NCBI GenBank assembly: GCA_900315245.1
Contig: OMYJ01000002.1
Coordinates: forward strand, 57,864-121,863
DNA: 64,000 nt
Source: an uncultured Bacteroidales bacterium
Lineage (GTDB): Bacteria; Bacteroidota; Bacteroidia; Bacteroidales; WCHB1-69
Reading direction: 5' to 3'
Shown: positions 1 to 9,867 of the stretch, one piece after another
Numbering within the stretch: position 1 is the first letter of the stretch
Layout: each line of letters starts with the position of its first letter
Translations under genes and position numbers: made by a program
Notes under the pieces: generated by a model
The model's input: the letters and a program-made list of their open reading frames with translations, nothing else
The model's database searches: none
Told to the model about the DNA's origin: nothing

Positions 1-165
1 ACGTTAGACGAGCTGAAAGCCACCTGGATGGCGAAACTCGGCCCGAAGACGCTCTTCATCTCCGCCAAAACGAAAGAAAACGTCAACGAAATGAAGGATT
101 TCTTGTACGAAGAAATCAAGAAGCTACATATCCAAATCTACCCGTACAATAACTTTTTGTATTAG
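1..165 (+). CDS. hflX: GTPase HflX, C-terminal fragment (5' end outside window)
   Basis: Frame 1 is open from the window edge to TAG at 163-165. The peptide ...LKATWMAKLGPKTLFISAKTKENVNEMKDFLYEEIKKLHIQIYPYNNFLY has the GTPase G5 SAK motif and the short YPYN-FLY tail recalled from Bacteroidota HflX. Confidence 0.55.
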   Translation, partial: TLDELKATWMAKLGPKTLFISAKTKENVNEMKDFLYEEIKKLHIQIYPYNNFLY

Positions 166-214
166 CTATTGCCCAGCCAACAGCTAATAGCTAATAGCCA
201 AAAACCAAAAGCTA
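164..214. repeat. 8-nt periodic AGCYAAWA tract filling the gap between two convergent stop codons (family copy 1 of 4)
   Basis: Sequence is agctattgcccagccaacagctaatagctaatagccaaaaaccaaaagcta. The same word family recurs at 18652, 22104 and 32015. Confidence 0.8.
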
Positions 215-904
215 CTTCCCTTTTTTCGCGGCGATCGACAGGAAGAGTCCGAGTATGACGCTGCAGAAGGCGGCGAAGAGGACTTGGAGATCCTGCGGCA
301 GGCAGAAGGTGAGCGTGTGGGCGGGAATCCAGAACAGCGGGATGGTCTTCTTGAAGACGAAGCCCCACTGCACACCCCAGTCCATCTCGCAAATGTGCCG
401 TTTAACGGCAACGGGCTTGAACAGTGCCGAGAAAGCGCCGCCGTGCTCGTTGATGTGCATATCGGAGATTTTGTGGACGGTCATGAAGACGGGGGCGAAG
501 GCGGTGTTCATCATCACACTGACACAGAAAGCGCCGAGGAGTTTCAGCCACGACATCGGCTCGGACATGGCTGCAGAGATTCCGCTGAAGGCCGCGTAAC
601 GTTCCATGAAAGCCGGTACACCGAGGCGGAAGACGTTCATTGCCAGAGCAATCCACATGCCGAGAAGCCCCCAGACCACGAATTTCGGGGCGAGGCCGAA
701 GCCCTTATGGTAGTACTGTCCTGTCTTCACGCGGCTGCCGAGCATCTCCCCGAAAGTGGCCAGAATGCCGAACTTCAGGAATGCCATCCACAGCGGGAAA
801 CGTTGGTTTCCAGCGCAATAGGTATCATAAACGCTGTCAAACAGAAAGAATGGCAGCAGGCACAACACAATGACTGCTATAACGATAATGTCCGATTTTT
901 TCAT
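212..904 (-). CDS. polytopic membrane protein, function unknown
   Basis: 230-aa ORF with about 6 hydrophobic segments and an ATG start. The overlapping + strand ORFs have antisense-like composition. Confidence 0.7.
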   Translation of the reverse strand: MKKSDIIVIAVIVLCLLPFFLFDSVYDTYCAGNQRFPLWMAFLKFGILATFGEMLGSRVKTGQYYHKGFGLAPKFVVWGLLGMWIALAMNVFRLGVPAFMERYAAFSGISAAMSEPMSWLKLLGAFCVSVMMNTAFAPVFMTVHKISDMHINEHGGAFSALFKPVAVKRHICEMDWGVQWGFVFKKTIPLFWIPAHTLTFCLPQDLQVLFAAFCSVILGLFLSIAAKKGK

Positions 905-962
905 ACCTCAACACTGTTTTTATTGAAACGGCAAAGGTACATTTTTTTTGCGTCAACCCGAT

Positions 963-990
963 TTCACAATTCACAATTCACAATTCAAAA
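963..990. repeat. tandem word repeat (TCACAAT x3) in divergent promoter region
   Basis: ttcacaattcacaattcacaattcaaaa read directly from the sequence. Confidence 0.8.
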
Positions 991-1054
991 GAAAGTATGT
1001 AAAACATGTAACATCCGACGAGGAATTTCGTTATAAAGAAAAATTGACTTAATT

Positions 1055-3328
1055 ATGAAGAAGATATTCGTGCTATATTTTTGTGTTCTAATATGCCTGA
1101 CCGGAATGGCGCAGATCCGGGCATATCAGCCTTGGGATTCAGCCACTGCCACTGGGCCTCTGAACTTCATGACTTTGGATGTACAAAACCACCCATACAT
1201 CAGGCTAAACTATAATGAAAGTTATAGCGTTGGCCCTGATAATTTTGAAAACTCTTCGGCCACAGGTCCAAACATCCATCACCAACTGATCACCACAAAT
1301 GGCTCTGATCCATGTCGATGCTTCAACACAACAGGTTCAACTTACATCCACGAGAATTACTTTCCGACCACTGACGTCATCACGAAGCCCAATGGAGCTC
1401 CTGTTGACACGGTCATCCGGTTGGGCAGCACAACTCAAAACAACAACTCCCAAATTGAATACTGGTTCTACCCTAAGGTCAGTGAAAGTACTTTGTTGGT
1501 TTGTTTCTCTTTTGCCGAAGAAGATGTGGATTATCACGATAAAGATGAGAATCCCCGTTTTTACATCGAGTTGTTAGACGGTCAGACCAATCAACTCATC
1601 CAAAGCGGCTATTATCCAACGGAAGCAGCTACTGTCGCCGGCAATCTAACACCTACCAATAACAATTGGTCGTACAGCCGTTTCCTCGCTGTACCTAGTG
1701 GGGAAAACAGCAATCAAGACCACTCTGTATGGTCTGATAACTTGCAATCCTTCGTTTACTATTGGGCATTTCCGCAAGCCACACCCACGACATTCCCCTA
1801 TCGTGAATGCCCTTCCAATCAGACTTCGGGTCAGTCATCCTATACGGTCAAATGGTTTGAGTACAAACCCATCGCCTTCAACTTGAGTTCCTACGCTGCC
1901 CAGCACAAATCTGTAAAATTACGGATCAGGGCAAAAGCTTGTGTGTATTTTGCCCATTGGAATTATGCCCTCTTTTACGCCAAGATGATTCCCAGTTCCA
2001 TCCATGTGGATGCCTGCGGTTCCGAGCCCATACACCTTTCCGTACCCAATGGTTTCTTGGAAGACGTCTATGAATGGCACTACGGTTTTGACTCCTTGGA
2101 TGCGACAACTCGACCTGAACTCCAAATCAACATCACCCCCGGCATTACCGGCACCGTCTATGATGTCATGATTGACCGCGATGTGCTTCTTTCCCAACCG
2201 GGAGGAAAATTATGGCCGTACTACTCCTGCAAGATGCGGTCCTACACAGGTGTCCCTTTCCTCTATGAGGCTGAAATCAAATCCTACTTTTTGGAGCCTA
2301 ACATCACCTTTAAGCAGAAATTCGACAATTGCGACTTTCGCGCCCAGCTTATCGACTCCAGCCGGATTTTCTCCGTGACCCCGCCCGGGCCGGGACAAAC
2401 TGAGGACGACACCACCTTCCAGCAGACCCACCACATCCAATGGTTTGTCAAAAACTATCAAACTTCGCAACCCAACAACGACCGTTTTGACTCCATCCCC
2501 AACCGATATGGCGACACCAGCTTCACTTACGTCTTCAATTATCCATATATAGACACTCTCACTGGTGAGGCCTTCATCAAAATTGTTATCCAAGACTCCC
2601 TGCAGAAGTGCATCAAAGACACCATAAAACGCATCCAGCTGGACTTGAAGGCCATCCGGGACACGCTTACATACGACACGATTTATACCTGCGAGGAAAA
2701 AATGCCATACGTGTTCGACAGAGCCTATTTCGGTGAAAACCAGATATGGAACAGCGAAGGCACGCGCCGCGTCACCTATAACGACACCGCCTGGAACGGC
2801 TGCGACAGCATCGTGGACGTCACCCTCATCGTCCGCAAACCCAAAGTGGAAATCACCTCCGACCCGGATTTCTGTGAGGCATTCTCCACCAACCTGACCG
2901 CCGAATGCGCGGAAACCGTGCTGCAGTATAAATGGGAGAACGGGGAGACCTCGCCCTCCATCACCATCGACGAGCCTGGGCGATATTCCGTCGAAATCAT
3001 CAACAAAGACAGCTGCAGCTCCACGGGAAGCATCGTCATCCCCGCCTGCAAACCTTATCTTAACCTGCCCAACTCCTTCTCGCCAAGCAACCAAGACGGC
3101 TTAAACGACTATTTCTACATTCCGCAGAGAAACCTCATCAAAGAACTGGAATTCACCGTCTTCAACCGCCATGGGGTAATGATCTATCACACCACCAACA
3201 AGGAGTTCGAATGGAACGGCACCGAAAATGGCAATCTGTTCATGGGTGCCACCTACAACTACATCCTCCGCATCGTCGATTACGAGGGAGTGGCCTCTGT
3301 ACACAAGGGGTCCGTCACGATTTTCTAA
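1055..3328 (+). CDS. large secreted protein with T9SS type B (gliding-motility-associated) C-terminal sorting domain
   Basis: 757 aa with signal peptide ...LTGMA|QIRAY. The C-terminus NSFSPSNQDGLNDYFYIP...FNRHGVMIY...EWNG...YNYILRIVDYEG matches the type B CTD pattern (P-N-x-F-[ST]-P-N-x-D-G-x-N-D). Confidence 0.85.
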   Translation: MKKIFVLYFCVLICLTGMAQIRAYQPWDSATATGPLNFMTLDVQNHPYIRLNYNESYSVGPDNFENSSATGPNIHHQLITTNGSDPCRCFNTTGSTYIHENYFPTTDVITKPNGAPVDTVIRLGSTTQNNNSQIEYWFYPKVSESTLLVCFSFAEEDVDYHDKDENPRFYIELLDGQTNQLIQSGYYPTEAATVAGNLTPTNNNWSYSRFLAVPSGENSNQDHSVWSDNLQSFVYYWAFPQATPTTFPYRECPSNQTSGQSSYTVKWFEYKPIAFNLSSYAAQHKSVKLRIRAKACVYFAHWNYALFYAKMIPSSIHVDACGSEPIHLSVPNGFLEDVYEWHYGFDSLDATTRPELQINITPGITGTVYDVMIDRDVLLSQPGGKLWPYYSCKMRSYTGVPFLYEAEIKSYFLEPNITFKQKFDNCDFRAQLIDSSRIFSVTPPGPGQTEDDTTFQQTHHIQWFVKNYQTSQPNNDRFDSIPNRYGDTSFTYVFNYPYIDTLTGEAFIKIVIQDSLQKCIKDTIKRIQLDLKAIRDTLTYDTIYTCEEKMPYVFDRAYFGENQIWNSEGTRRVTYNDTAWNGCDSIVDVTLIVRKPKVEITSDPDFCEAFSTNLTAECAETVLQYKWENGETSPSITIDEPGRYSVEIINKDSCSSTGSIVIPACKPYLNLPNSFSPSNQDGLNDYFYIPQRNLIKELEFTVFNRHGVMIYHTTNKEFEWNGTENGNLFMGATYNYILRIVDYEGVASVHKGSVTIF

Positions 3329-3362
3329 TTTGTGACTTGCAATATGAGATTGCGAAATGTAC

Positions 3363-3389
3363 GGGTGTCTGGACGGGCACCCTTTTTTT
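3363..3389 (+). terminator. rho-independent terminator
   Basis: Stem gggtgtc/ggcaccc (7 bp including one G-U) with a 6-nt loop, followed by T7. Confidence 0.7.
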
Positions 3390-3554
3390 GCGGTTCCGAG
3401 TGCCCTTGCGAGGCAAAAACGATACTGCCGTTTTTCAACCCTACTACGCTAACGAAAAAATAATATCTTTGCGGCACCGTTTTTGAACACGAGACTATAC
3501 ACCGTTCGCAAACCGTAAACCGTAAATCGCAAATCGTAATAAAAACCACCGAAT

Positions 3555-4526
3555 ATGAAAAAAACGTTTACATTAGTTATGCTTTTAGCGGGTTTCTTGG
3601 GCTTGACGGCCCAGAACACCATCTTGAACAGCGATTTTGAATTGTGGTCTTACGGGAAGCCCGTGGGATGGACCGTAGGGCTTCACGGAGACATCACCTC
3701 CATCGTGAACCTTCCCGTGGAGGTCAATTTCGGCACCCAGAGCAATGAAGCTCACTCGGGCAACTCGTCCGTAAAGTTAGTCTCTGGCGACTTCACGATA
3801 CCCTACACGCAGTTTAGCTTCAATCTGCCGGGGATCCTGCAAGCCGGGGAGTCGGAAGGGTTCTCCATTCCTCTGGAAAACATCATGAGCATCATCCAAG
3901 CCATCCAAGACACCACCGGCAACTCGGGTTTTGACCCTGAGAATCTGGCCTCCCTGTCATCGCTATTACAGCTTCTCTCCAAAGGCGTCCCCTGCTCCAC
4001 CGTCCCGGCATCGGTCACCGCTTGGGTGAAATACCAACCGCAAGAAGGCGACCAGCTCATGATGTTCGCCGTGGCGAAAAAAGAGGGTATGCCCATAAGC
4101 TACAACTATGGCATCTTCCAAACAGAAGATCCTGACGCTTACCAGAAAATCGGGATTGACCTTGACTCACCCAATGCGGAGTGCGACTCCATCATGATCA
4201 TCATCCTCTCCTCCACAACGATGAACAGCACTTCGGTTCTCTTTGTAGATGATATCGCTTTGGAATACAGCGGTGTAGGCATCCCCGAACTTGAAGATTT
4301 TGACGGGAGAATATACCCCAACCCGGCCTGCAACCAGTTATTCATCCAACCTGACAACGAGAATGTGTACGAATGGACCCTGACCGACATGTCAGGAAAA
4401 ATTCTCCAGACAGGCAAATCCTCCGGAAAAGCCATTCTTGACACAAGATCTTATGCCACAGGCATGTACCTGCTACAAATCAAGGCCGACAACAAAATCA
4501 GCACCCATAAGGTATCGATTCGATGA
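3555..4526 (+). CDS. secreted protein with T9SS type A (Por_Secre_tail) C-terminal sorting domain
   Basis: 323 aa with signal peptide ...GLTA|QNTIL. The C-terminus is IYPNPACNQLFIQ...GMYLLQIKADNKISTHKVSIR. Confidence 0.85.
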   Translation: MKKTFTLVMLLAGFLGLTAQNTILNSDFELWSYGKPVGWTVGLHGDITSIVNLPVEVNFGTQSNEAHSGNSSVKLVSGDFTIPYTQFSFNLPGILQAGESEGFSIPLENIMSIIQAIQDTTGNSGFDPENLASLSSLLQLLSKGVPCSTVPASVTAWVKYQPQEGDQLMMFAVAKKEGMPISYNYGIFQTEDPDAYQKIGIDLDSPNAECDSIMIIILSSTTMNSTSVLFVDDIALEYSGVGIPELEDFDGRIYPNPACNQLFIQPDNENVYEWTLTDMSGKILQTGKSSGKAILDTRSYATGMYLLQIKADNKISTHKVSIR

Positions 4527-5443
4527 CAACACCGCTGATTTGGCTCGCGCCGTTGCATGGGATCACTTCCTATACATTCAGAAACACCCTATGCCGTCAC
4601 TTTGGCGGCATAGATTGTTTTATGGCTCCTTTCCTGCCTGCACAGCCCGCCGGCAAGTACAGGAAGAAGGTCTGGCAGGATATTATCCCCGAAAACAACA
4701 CCGCCCTTCCCCTCGTTCCGCAACTGATGGGCAATCGTCCGGATCATTTTGTGGATACGACACAGATGCTGAACGAACAATTTGGTTACGAGCACTTTAA
4801 CATCAACATCGGATGTCCTTCGTCCCCTGTTGTGCGCCATACGCGCGGCTGCGGCCTGATGCCCCACCCTGACATCGTGGAGCAGATTGTGGCGGAAGTG
4901 ACAGGGAAAACGCCGTTCCGCATCTCCCTGAAAATGCGTCTCGGCCTGCACAATGCCAATGAGGGACGCAACCTGCTCACTCGCCTTAACGACTATCCGC
5001 TGGATTTTCTGGTCATCCATCCCCGATTGGGCGATGATCTGTACGAGGGAGTTCCCGATTGGGACACCTTCGCGGAGTTTTGCCAGCTGACGCAACACAA
5101 AATCGTCTATAGCGGAGACATTTTCACCGTGGAAGATTACAACAGGTTGGCTGAGCGATTCCCGCAAGTGTCGGCCTGGATGCTCGGTCGCGGATTGTTG
5201 CGGAATCCATTTTTGGCTGAAGAGATTAAAGGACAAGATATTGGCGACAAAAGAGAACGGTTCCTCAATTTCTATCAGGACTTTATCGAAAAACTGCTGC
5301 CCATCCGAGGCGAATCGGGCACCTTGGCCAATCTGAAAGAGTTATGGCACTATTTCGCAGTTTTCACCGGTTTATCAGAAGAAAAATTGCAGCAATTGTT
5401 ACGGATATGCGATTTACGGGAATTTGTGGCAGTTAGCAGTTAG
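4523..5443 (+). CDS. tRNA-dihydrouridine synthase (Dus) family flavoenzyme
   Basis: 306 aa with LAPLHGITS...FRN and NINIGCPS...GCGLM motifs typical of the Dus TIM barrel. ATGA start/stop overlap with the upstream gene. Confidence 0.75.
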   Translation: MTTPLIWLAPLHGITSYTFRNTLCRHFGGIDCFMAPFLPAQPAGKYRKKVWQDIIPENNTALPLVPQLMGNRPDHFVDTTQMLNEQFGYEHFNINIGCPSSPVVRHTRGCGLMPHPDIVEQIVAEVTGKTPFRISLKMRLGLHNANEGRNLLTRLNDYPLDFLVIHPRLGDDLYEGVPDWDTFAEFCQLTQHKIVYSGDIFTVEDYNRLAERFPQVSAWMLGRGLLRNPFLAEEIKGQDIGDKRERFLNFYQDFIEKLLPIRGESGTLANLKELWHYFAVFTGLSEEKLQQLLRICDLREFVAVSS

Positions 5444-5534
5444 TAGTTAGCAGTTGGTGTTCCCGAAATTTCCCATCTTATGTCTCTTATCTCACGTCAC
5501 ACGTTAGACGTCACACGTCTTACGTCACACGTCT
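5429..5534. repeat. two tandem word repeats (GCAGTTA-type x4; ACGTCACACGT x3 with AGACGT-cac-ACGTCT hairpin)
   Basis: gcagttagcagttagtagttagcagttgg overlaps the stop codon of the Dus gene. Further along is cacgtcacacgttagacgtcacacgtcttacgtcacacgtct. Confidence 0.8.
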
Positions 5535-5618
5535 AAAAAAATGTATATTTGCAGTTGGTGAATATTTTTGACTCACATTCGTAAATATATAAAAATCAAA
5601 TAATTAAACATCAAAAGT

Positions 5619-8600
5619 ATGAAGAAAAATTCTATCATTTTGTGTAAGGCGGCTTTGCTGTTATGCTGCCTGACAAGTATGGTCGGTTTGACACTTGCTC
5701 AAACCACCTATACGTTCAGTAATTATCCTGCAGGAGAGCAATATGCTGTGAATGAGGTACATATTTTGGATGATGCGATGACACTCGTCACGAACGAATG
5801 TCATTTCACCACTCAATTGCGCGTCTATTCTAGCTCTTCACATGATGGCTGTTTTTATTCCTATGCTTTACCTCTTTACATTGACAGTATAGCTTTCAAT
5901 ATGGGGTACAAAACTGACAATGTGAACATTTATGGTAGTATTGACGGTGACAACTGGAATTTGGTCGGTACCATTGCAGTCACCTCGACCAATTACAGTG
6001 ATTATGGATTGTCCTTTGGAAGCAACAATTACAACTATTTTAAATTTGACGTTGCCGGTTCTCAGCAGATCCGCGTGGTTTCCATGACAATGTTTTACAA
6101 ATCCACAGGGCCGTCTGGCCAGGTAGCCCAGATTCCGACATTTTCACCTGCGACAGGACTTTACACCAGCCCCATATCGGTAACCATCGCCACAGAAACG
6201 GCCAATGCCTCCATCTATTACACTCTTGATGGCTCCACCCCCACCACCAGTTCCAATTTATATACCGCTCCTTTTACCATCAGCCAGACCACCACGGTGA
6301 AAGCTATCGCCACTGCCAATGGTTATGCCAACAGCTCTGTGGCCACTGCCACCTATTCTTTTCCTGAAATTATAGCCAACCTTGCAGCTTTCAAGGCTTT
6401 GCCAGATGGTTCACAACCCTACATTATCGGAAACGACGTTACCTTTGTTTTTGGCAACGGTGCATACACTTACGTCAAAGATGCCTCCGCTGGACTTCTG
6501 CTTTACGGCAATAATGGCGTTGCCAATGATTTTTCCGAAGGTGAGCAGATTGCGAACCTGAATGGTTCAAAGACTTCATATCATAATCAAATTGAGATGA
6601 CGGTTGCCTCTTACGAGATTTCCACTTCACCCAGCGTCGGCACAGTTGAGCCTATAACAGTGACCATCAACCAATTAAAAAATAATTACAACACATACGA
6701 TGCTCAACTCGTTACGATTCAGGACGTGACTTTCCCTGACGGATTTACAGGTTCATCTTGTAATGTCATTCACGGAACCGACACGCTCTCCTTGTACAAC
6801 CGTTTCGGTGTTGATACCACATTAGCGGCTGGAAGCACACACAATATCACAGGATTTGCTGCCATCTACAACTCTACAATCCAGCTATATCCTCGTTACA
6901 ATCAGGATTTGGACGTACAATCTTCCGTTATCACTCCTGAAGTTGCCGCTCCCGTGTTCAGTCCGGCTGCCGGCACCTACACCGACAGCGTGACGTTCAG
7001 CCTCACCTGCACGACGGAAGATGCCACCATCCATTACACCACCGACGGCACCGAGCCGACAGAAACCTCCACTCTCTACAGTGCACCGGTAACCTTGACC
7101 GCCACCACCACCGTCATGGCCAAAGCCTTCAAAACTGACTGGACCGCCAGCGAGACTGTCACGGCTGTCTATACAATCACCAACCAGCCCGCATCCAACG
7201 ACACGATAATCTATGCCGTTGGTTTTGAGGATGAGGAGGGTTTCACCGCCAGCAACGTCTATAACAACACCACGGTAGCTTTCTCCGGAGCGGATGGAGC
7301 GCAATGGGGCACTTTCTACGGCACACCTTCCACCAACAACCATATCGCCGGCGCCCAGTCCATGCAAATGCGCTGGTACATCTCCGCCGCTGAAAACATC
7401 GGTTACACCTACACGAACTTTGACTTGCACAACGTGACCCACGTCACTTTCGCAGCGATGAGCACCAACGGTTTGAATGTCAAGGTTTCCCACTCCACTG
7501 ACGGTGGAAGCACCTACTCGGCCGGACAAGTGTTCACGCTGGGTTCCACCGCACAAGTTTTCAACTATGTGGTGGATGAGGCAGGCAGCTATAACTTCGT
7601 TCGTCTGAAATTCGCCATTGAGCTGCCCGAGACCAACCCCACCGCCACCTCCCGCGTGGTCATTGACAGCCTCGTGGTCTTCGGTGTTCAAGGACAGGCA
7701 CCTTCAGTAGTGACAACCCCTGTCATTACTCCGAACGGAGGGTCCTATTACGAGCCTCAGACGGTCAGCATCACCTGTGCCGATGCCGATGCAGTGATCC
7801 GTTACACCACTGACGGCACCGAACCCACAGAGAGTTCCACCGTCTATAGCCAACCGTTTACTGTAAGCACCACCACGACCATCATGGCCAAAGCGTGGAA
7901 AACCAATATGACCCCGAGCTTCACGGCTACGGCCACCATCTCATTCCCCACTCAGGTCGCCAACATTGCCGCCTTCAAGGCCGCTGCCTCCAATGAGCCG
8001 CAACAGATCATGAGCGACGTGACCTTCGTGTTCCGCAGCGGTCGCTACGTGTTTGTGGAAGACAACACCGCCGCCATGCTCATCTTCGACAATTCAACTC
8101 CTGTGATTACCAATACCTATAACGAAGGCGATGTCATCCATGCCGGTGTTTTCGGCAAATACACCACGTATCAAGGTATGGTGGAGATGGTACCCACACA
8201 TAACGCTCTTGAGGCTACTGGAACACCTGTAACGGTCACGCCCGCCAACGCCACCATCTCGAACATCAAATCTCAATATACAGATGTTTACGAGTCCAAA
8301 CTGGTGCGCTTGAGCAATGTAACCTTCATCAGTGGCACCCAATTCGTGCAGAACGGCGACACGATGGCCATCTACAACCGTTTCAACACCGTCACCACGG
8401 AGATTTCCGCCGGCGATTTGGCCGATGTAACCGGCTTTGTCAGCTACTCCACCAACCACGGCTACCAGATTTATCCTCGTGGCGACGAAGACATCGACAT
8501 CCACACTGTGGTGATTATGGACACGGTCGCCACACCAGAATTTGACTTGTTCAAAGACGGCGAATTCTATAGAGTGAATATCACCTGCGCCACAGAAGGT

Positions 8601-9026
8601 GCCAGCATATACTATACTCTTGACGGTACCGATCCTGACGAATCCGCTAATTTGTTCACCGGCCTTTTCCCGTTGACACTCAATGTGCATTATACACTGA
8701 AGGCCATCGCCATGAAGGAGGGTATGGTGAACAGTGCCATCGCCGTTTACGATTACAATCCAAGCGGAATCAACAACTTCGAGCTACGCAACAATCTCAG
8801 CGTTTATCCCAATCCCGCCATCAACAATGTGACCATCAATGTGAAGAATGACAATGTCACCATCGAAAAAGTGGAACTTTACAACATTTATGGTCAACTG
8901 CTGAATATGATGTATGTGAACGGAAACACGGCAGAAGTTTCTGTCCATGCACTCGCCACGGGCACCTACTTCGCCAAGATTTTCACCGACAAGGGTATTG
9001 TCACAATGCCGGTGATACGGAAATAA
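5619..9026 (+). CDS. 1135-aa secreted multidomain protein: 4 chitobiase/hexosaminidase-C-like (CHB_HEX_C) modules, duplicated interdomain modules, T9SS type A CTD
   Basis: Signal peptide ...GLTLA|QTTYT. The motif I(Y/H/R)YT(L/T)DG(S/T)(T/E/D)P...Y..P(F/V)T...TTT(V/I)(K/M)A(I/K)A occurs four times. C-terminus is VYPNPAINNVTINV...GTYFAKIFTDKGIVTMPVIRK. Confidence 0.85.
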   Translation: MKKNSIILCKAALLLCCLTSMVGLTLAQTTYTFSNYPAGEQYAVNEVHILDDAMTLVTNECHFTTQLRVYSSSSHDGCFYSYALPLYIDSIAFNMGYKTDNVNIYGSIDGDNWNLVGTIAVTSTNYSDYGLSFGSNNYNYFKFDVAGSQQIRVVSMTMFYKSTGPSGQVAQIPTFSPATGLYTSPISVTIATETANASIYYTLDGSTPTTSSNLYTAPFTISQTTTVKAIATANGYANSSVATATYSFPEIIANLAAFKALPDGSQPYIIGNDVTFVFGNGAYTYVKDASAGLLLYGNNGVANDFSEGEQIANLNGSKTSYHNQIEMTVASYEISTSPSVGTVEPITVTINQLKNNYNTYDAQLVTIQDVTFPDGFTGSSCNVIHGTDTLSLYNRFGVDTTLAAGSTHNITGFAAIYNSTIQLYPRYNQDLDVQSSVITPEVAAPVFSPAAGTYTDSVTFSLTCTTEDATIHYTTDGTEPTETSTLYSAPVTLTATTTVMAKAFKTDWTASETVTAVYTITNQPASNDTIIYAVGFEDEEGFTASNVYNNTTVAFSGADGAQWGTFYGTPSTNNHIAGAQSMQMRWYISAAENIGYTYTNFDLHNVTHVTFAAMSTNGLNVKVSHSTDGGSTYSAGQVFTLGSTAQVFNYVVDEAGSYNFVRLKFAIELPETNPTATSRVVIDSLVVFGVQGQAPSVVTTPVITPNGGSYYEPQTVSITCADADAVIRYTTDGTEPTESSTVYSQPFTVSTTTTIMAKAWKTNMTPSFTATATISFPTQVANIAAFKAAASNEPQQIMSDVTFVFRSGRYVFVEDNTAAMLIFDNSTPVITNTYNEGDVIHAGVFGKYTTYQGMVEMVPTHNALEATGTPVTVTPANATISNIKSQYTDVYESKLVRLSNVTFISGTQFVQNGDTMAIYNRFNTVTTEISAGDLADVTGFVSYSTNHGYQIYPRGDEDIDIHTVVIMDTVATPEFDLFKDGEFYRVNITCATEGASIYYTLDGTDPDESANLFTGLFPLTLNVHYTLKAIAMKEGMVNSAIAVYDYNPSGINNFELRNNLSVYPNPAINNVTINVKNDNVTIEKVELYNIYGQLLNMMYVNGNTAEVSVHALATGTYFAKIFTDKGIVTMPVIRK

Positions 9027-9073
9027 TCTGATTGTCCATAAAGACGATGTGCACATCGTCCTTACCTTGAAGG

Positions 9074-9105
9074 AGGCGCGACATTTATTTGTCGCGCCTT
9101 TTTTG
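9074..9105 (+). terminator. rho-independent terminator
   Basis: 9-bp stem aggcgcgac/gtcgcgcct, 8-nt loop, then a T-run. Confidence 0.75.
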
Positions 9106-9124
9106 TCTGTTGCCTAAAAATGAT

Positions 9125-9132
9125 TATCTTTG
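9125..9132 (+). promoter_or_regulatory. Bacteroidota -7 box (TATCTTTG)
   Basis: Matches TAnnTTTG, 16 nt upstream of ATG 9148. Confidence 0.55.
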
Positions 9133-9147
9133 CCGAAAATTTGAAAC

Positions 9148-9867
9148 ATGAAAAATCTTTCCGATTTTCCACCGAAGTTGTCGCCGAAAATGAAAATGGC
9201 CGATGCAATCAACCAGTATCACAGTCTGTTGACCGTTCTTCCACGTCTTAACATCCCTCTCGGATTCGGAGAGAAGAGCATTGAACAACTCTGTTCCGAA
9301 CACCACGTTTCGCTGCCCCTGTTCACCCTCATCAGCCGTGTCTATTGTCAGGAAGACTACTACCCGACGGCTAACGAGCTGCAACAGTGCCCCATGGCCG
9401 ACATCCTGCAATACCTCGTTTCTTCGCACAAGGACTATTTAGAGAACAAACTCCCGCACATCGAGCACCACCTCAACATTTTGTTGGAACCGATGGACCG
9501 GAAATACAGCACGTTGATCACCAACTTCTACGCAGAATTCCGCAAAGAGATGGAGAAGCATTTCCGTTACGAGGAAGAGGTGATTTTCCCTTACTTGCGG
9601 CAGATCCTCTCCGAACAGGAAGCCACCGAGTCCGCCACCTATCAGAAGAACACTTTCCATCAGCAGCATGACGACATTGAGGACACCCTCAACGATCTTT
9701 CCAATCTGTTGCTCAAGTACATACCCGCCGAAATTTCCCCCGTGGAGCGCGTCGATATGCTGTTAGACGTTTATGCCCTCTCCAATGACATTGCCAGACA
9801 TGCCATGATGGAAAACCGCATCTTAGTTCCGTATATCCAACTGTTAGAATCCAAACGCCATGACTAA
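9148..9867 (+). CDS. hemerythrin-like (HHE cation-binding) domain protein
   Basis: 239 aa with spaced His/Glu helices (H..Y....LP.IEHH, F..E...HF..EE..IFPY, QQHDDIED), as in the hemerythrin/RIC family. Confidence 0.6.
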   Translation: MKNLSDFPPKLSPKMKMADAINQYHSLLTVLPRLNIPLGFGEKSIEQLCSEHHVSLPLFTLISRVYCQEDYYPTANELQQCPMADILQYLVSSHKDYLENKLPHIEHHLNILLEPMDRKYSTLITNFYAEFRKEMEKHFRYEEEVIFPYLRQILSEQEATESATYQKNTFHQQHDDIEDTLNDLSNLLLKYIPAEISPVERVDMLLDVYALSNDIARHAMMENRILVPYIQLLESKRHD

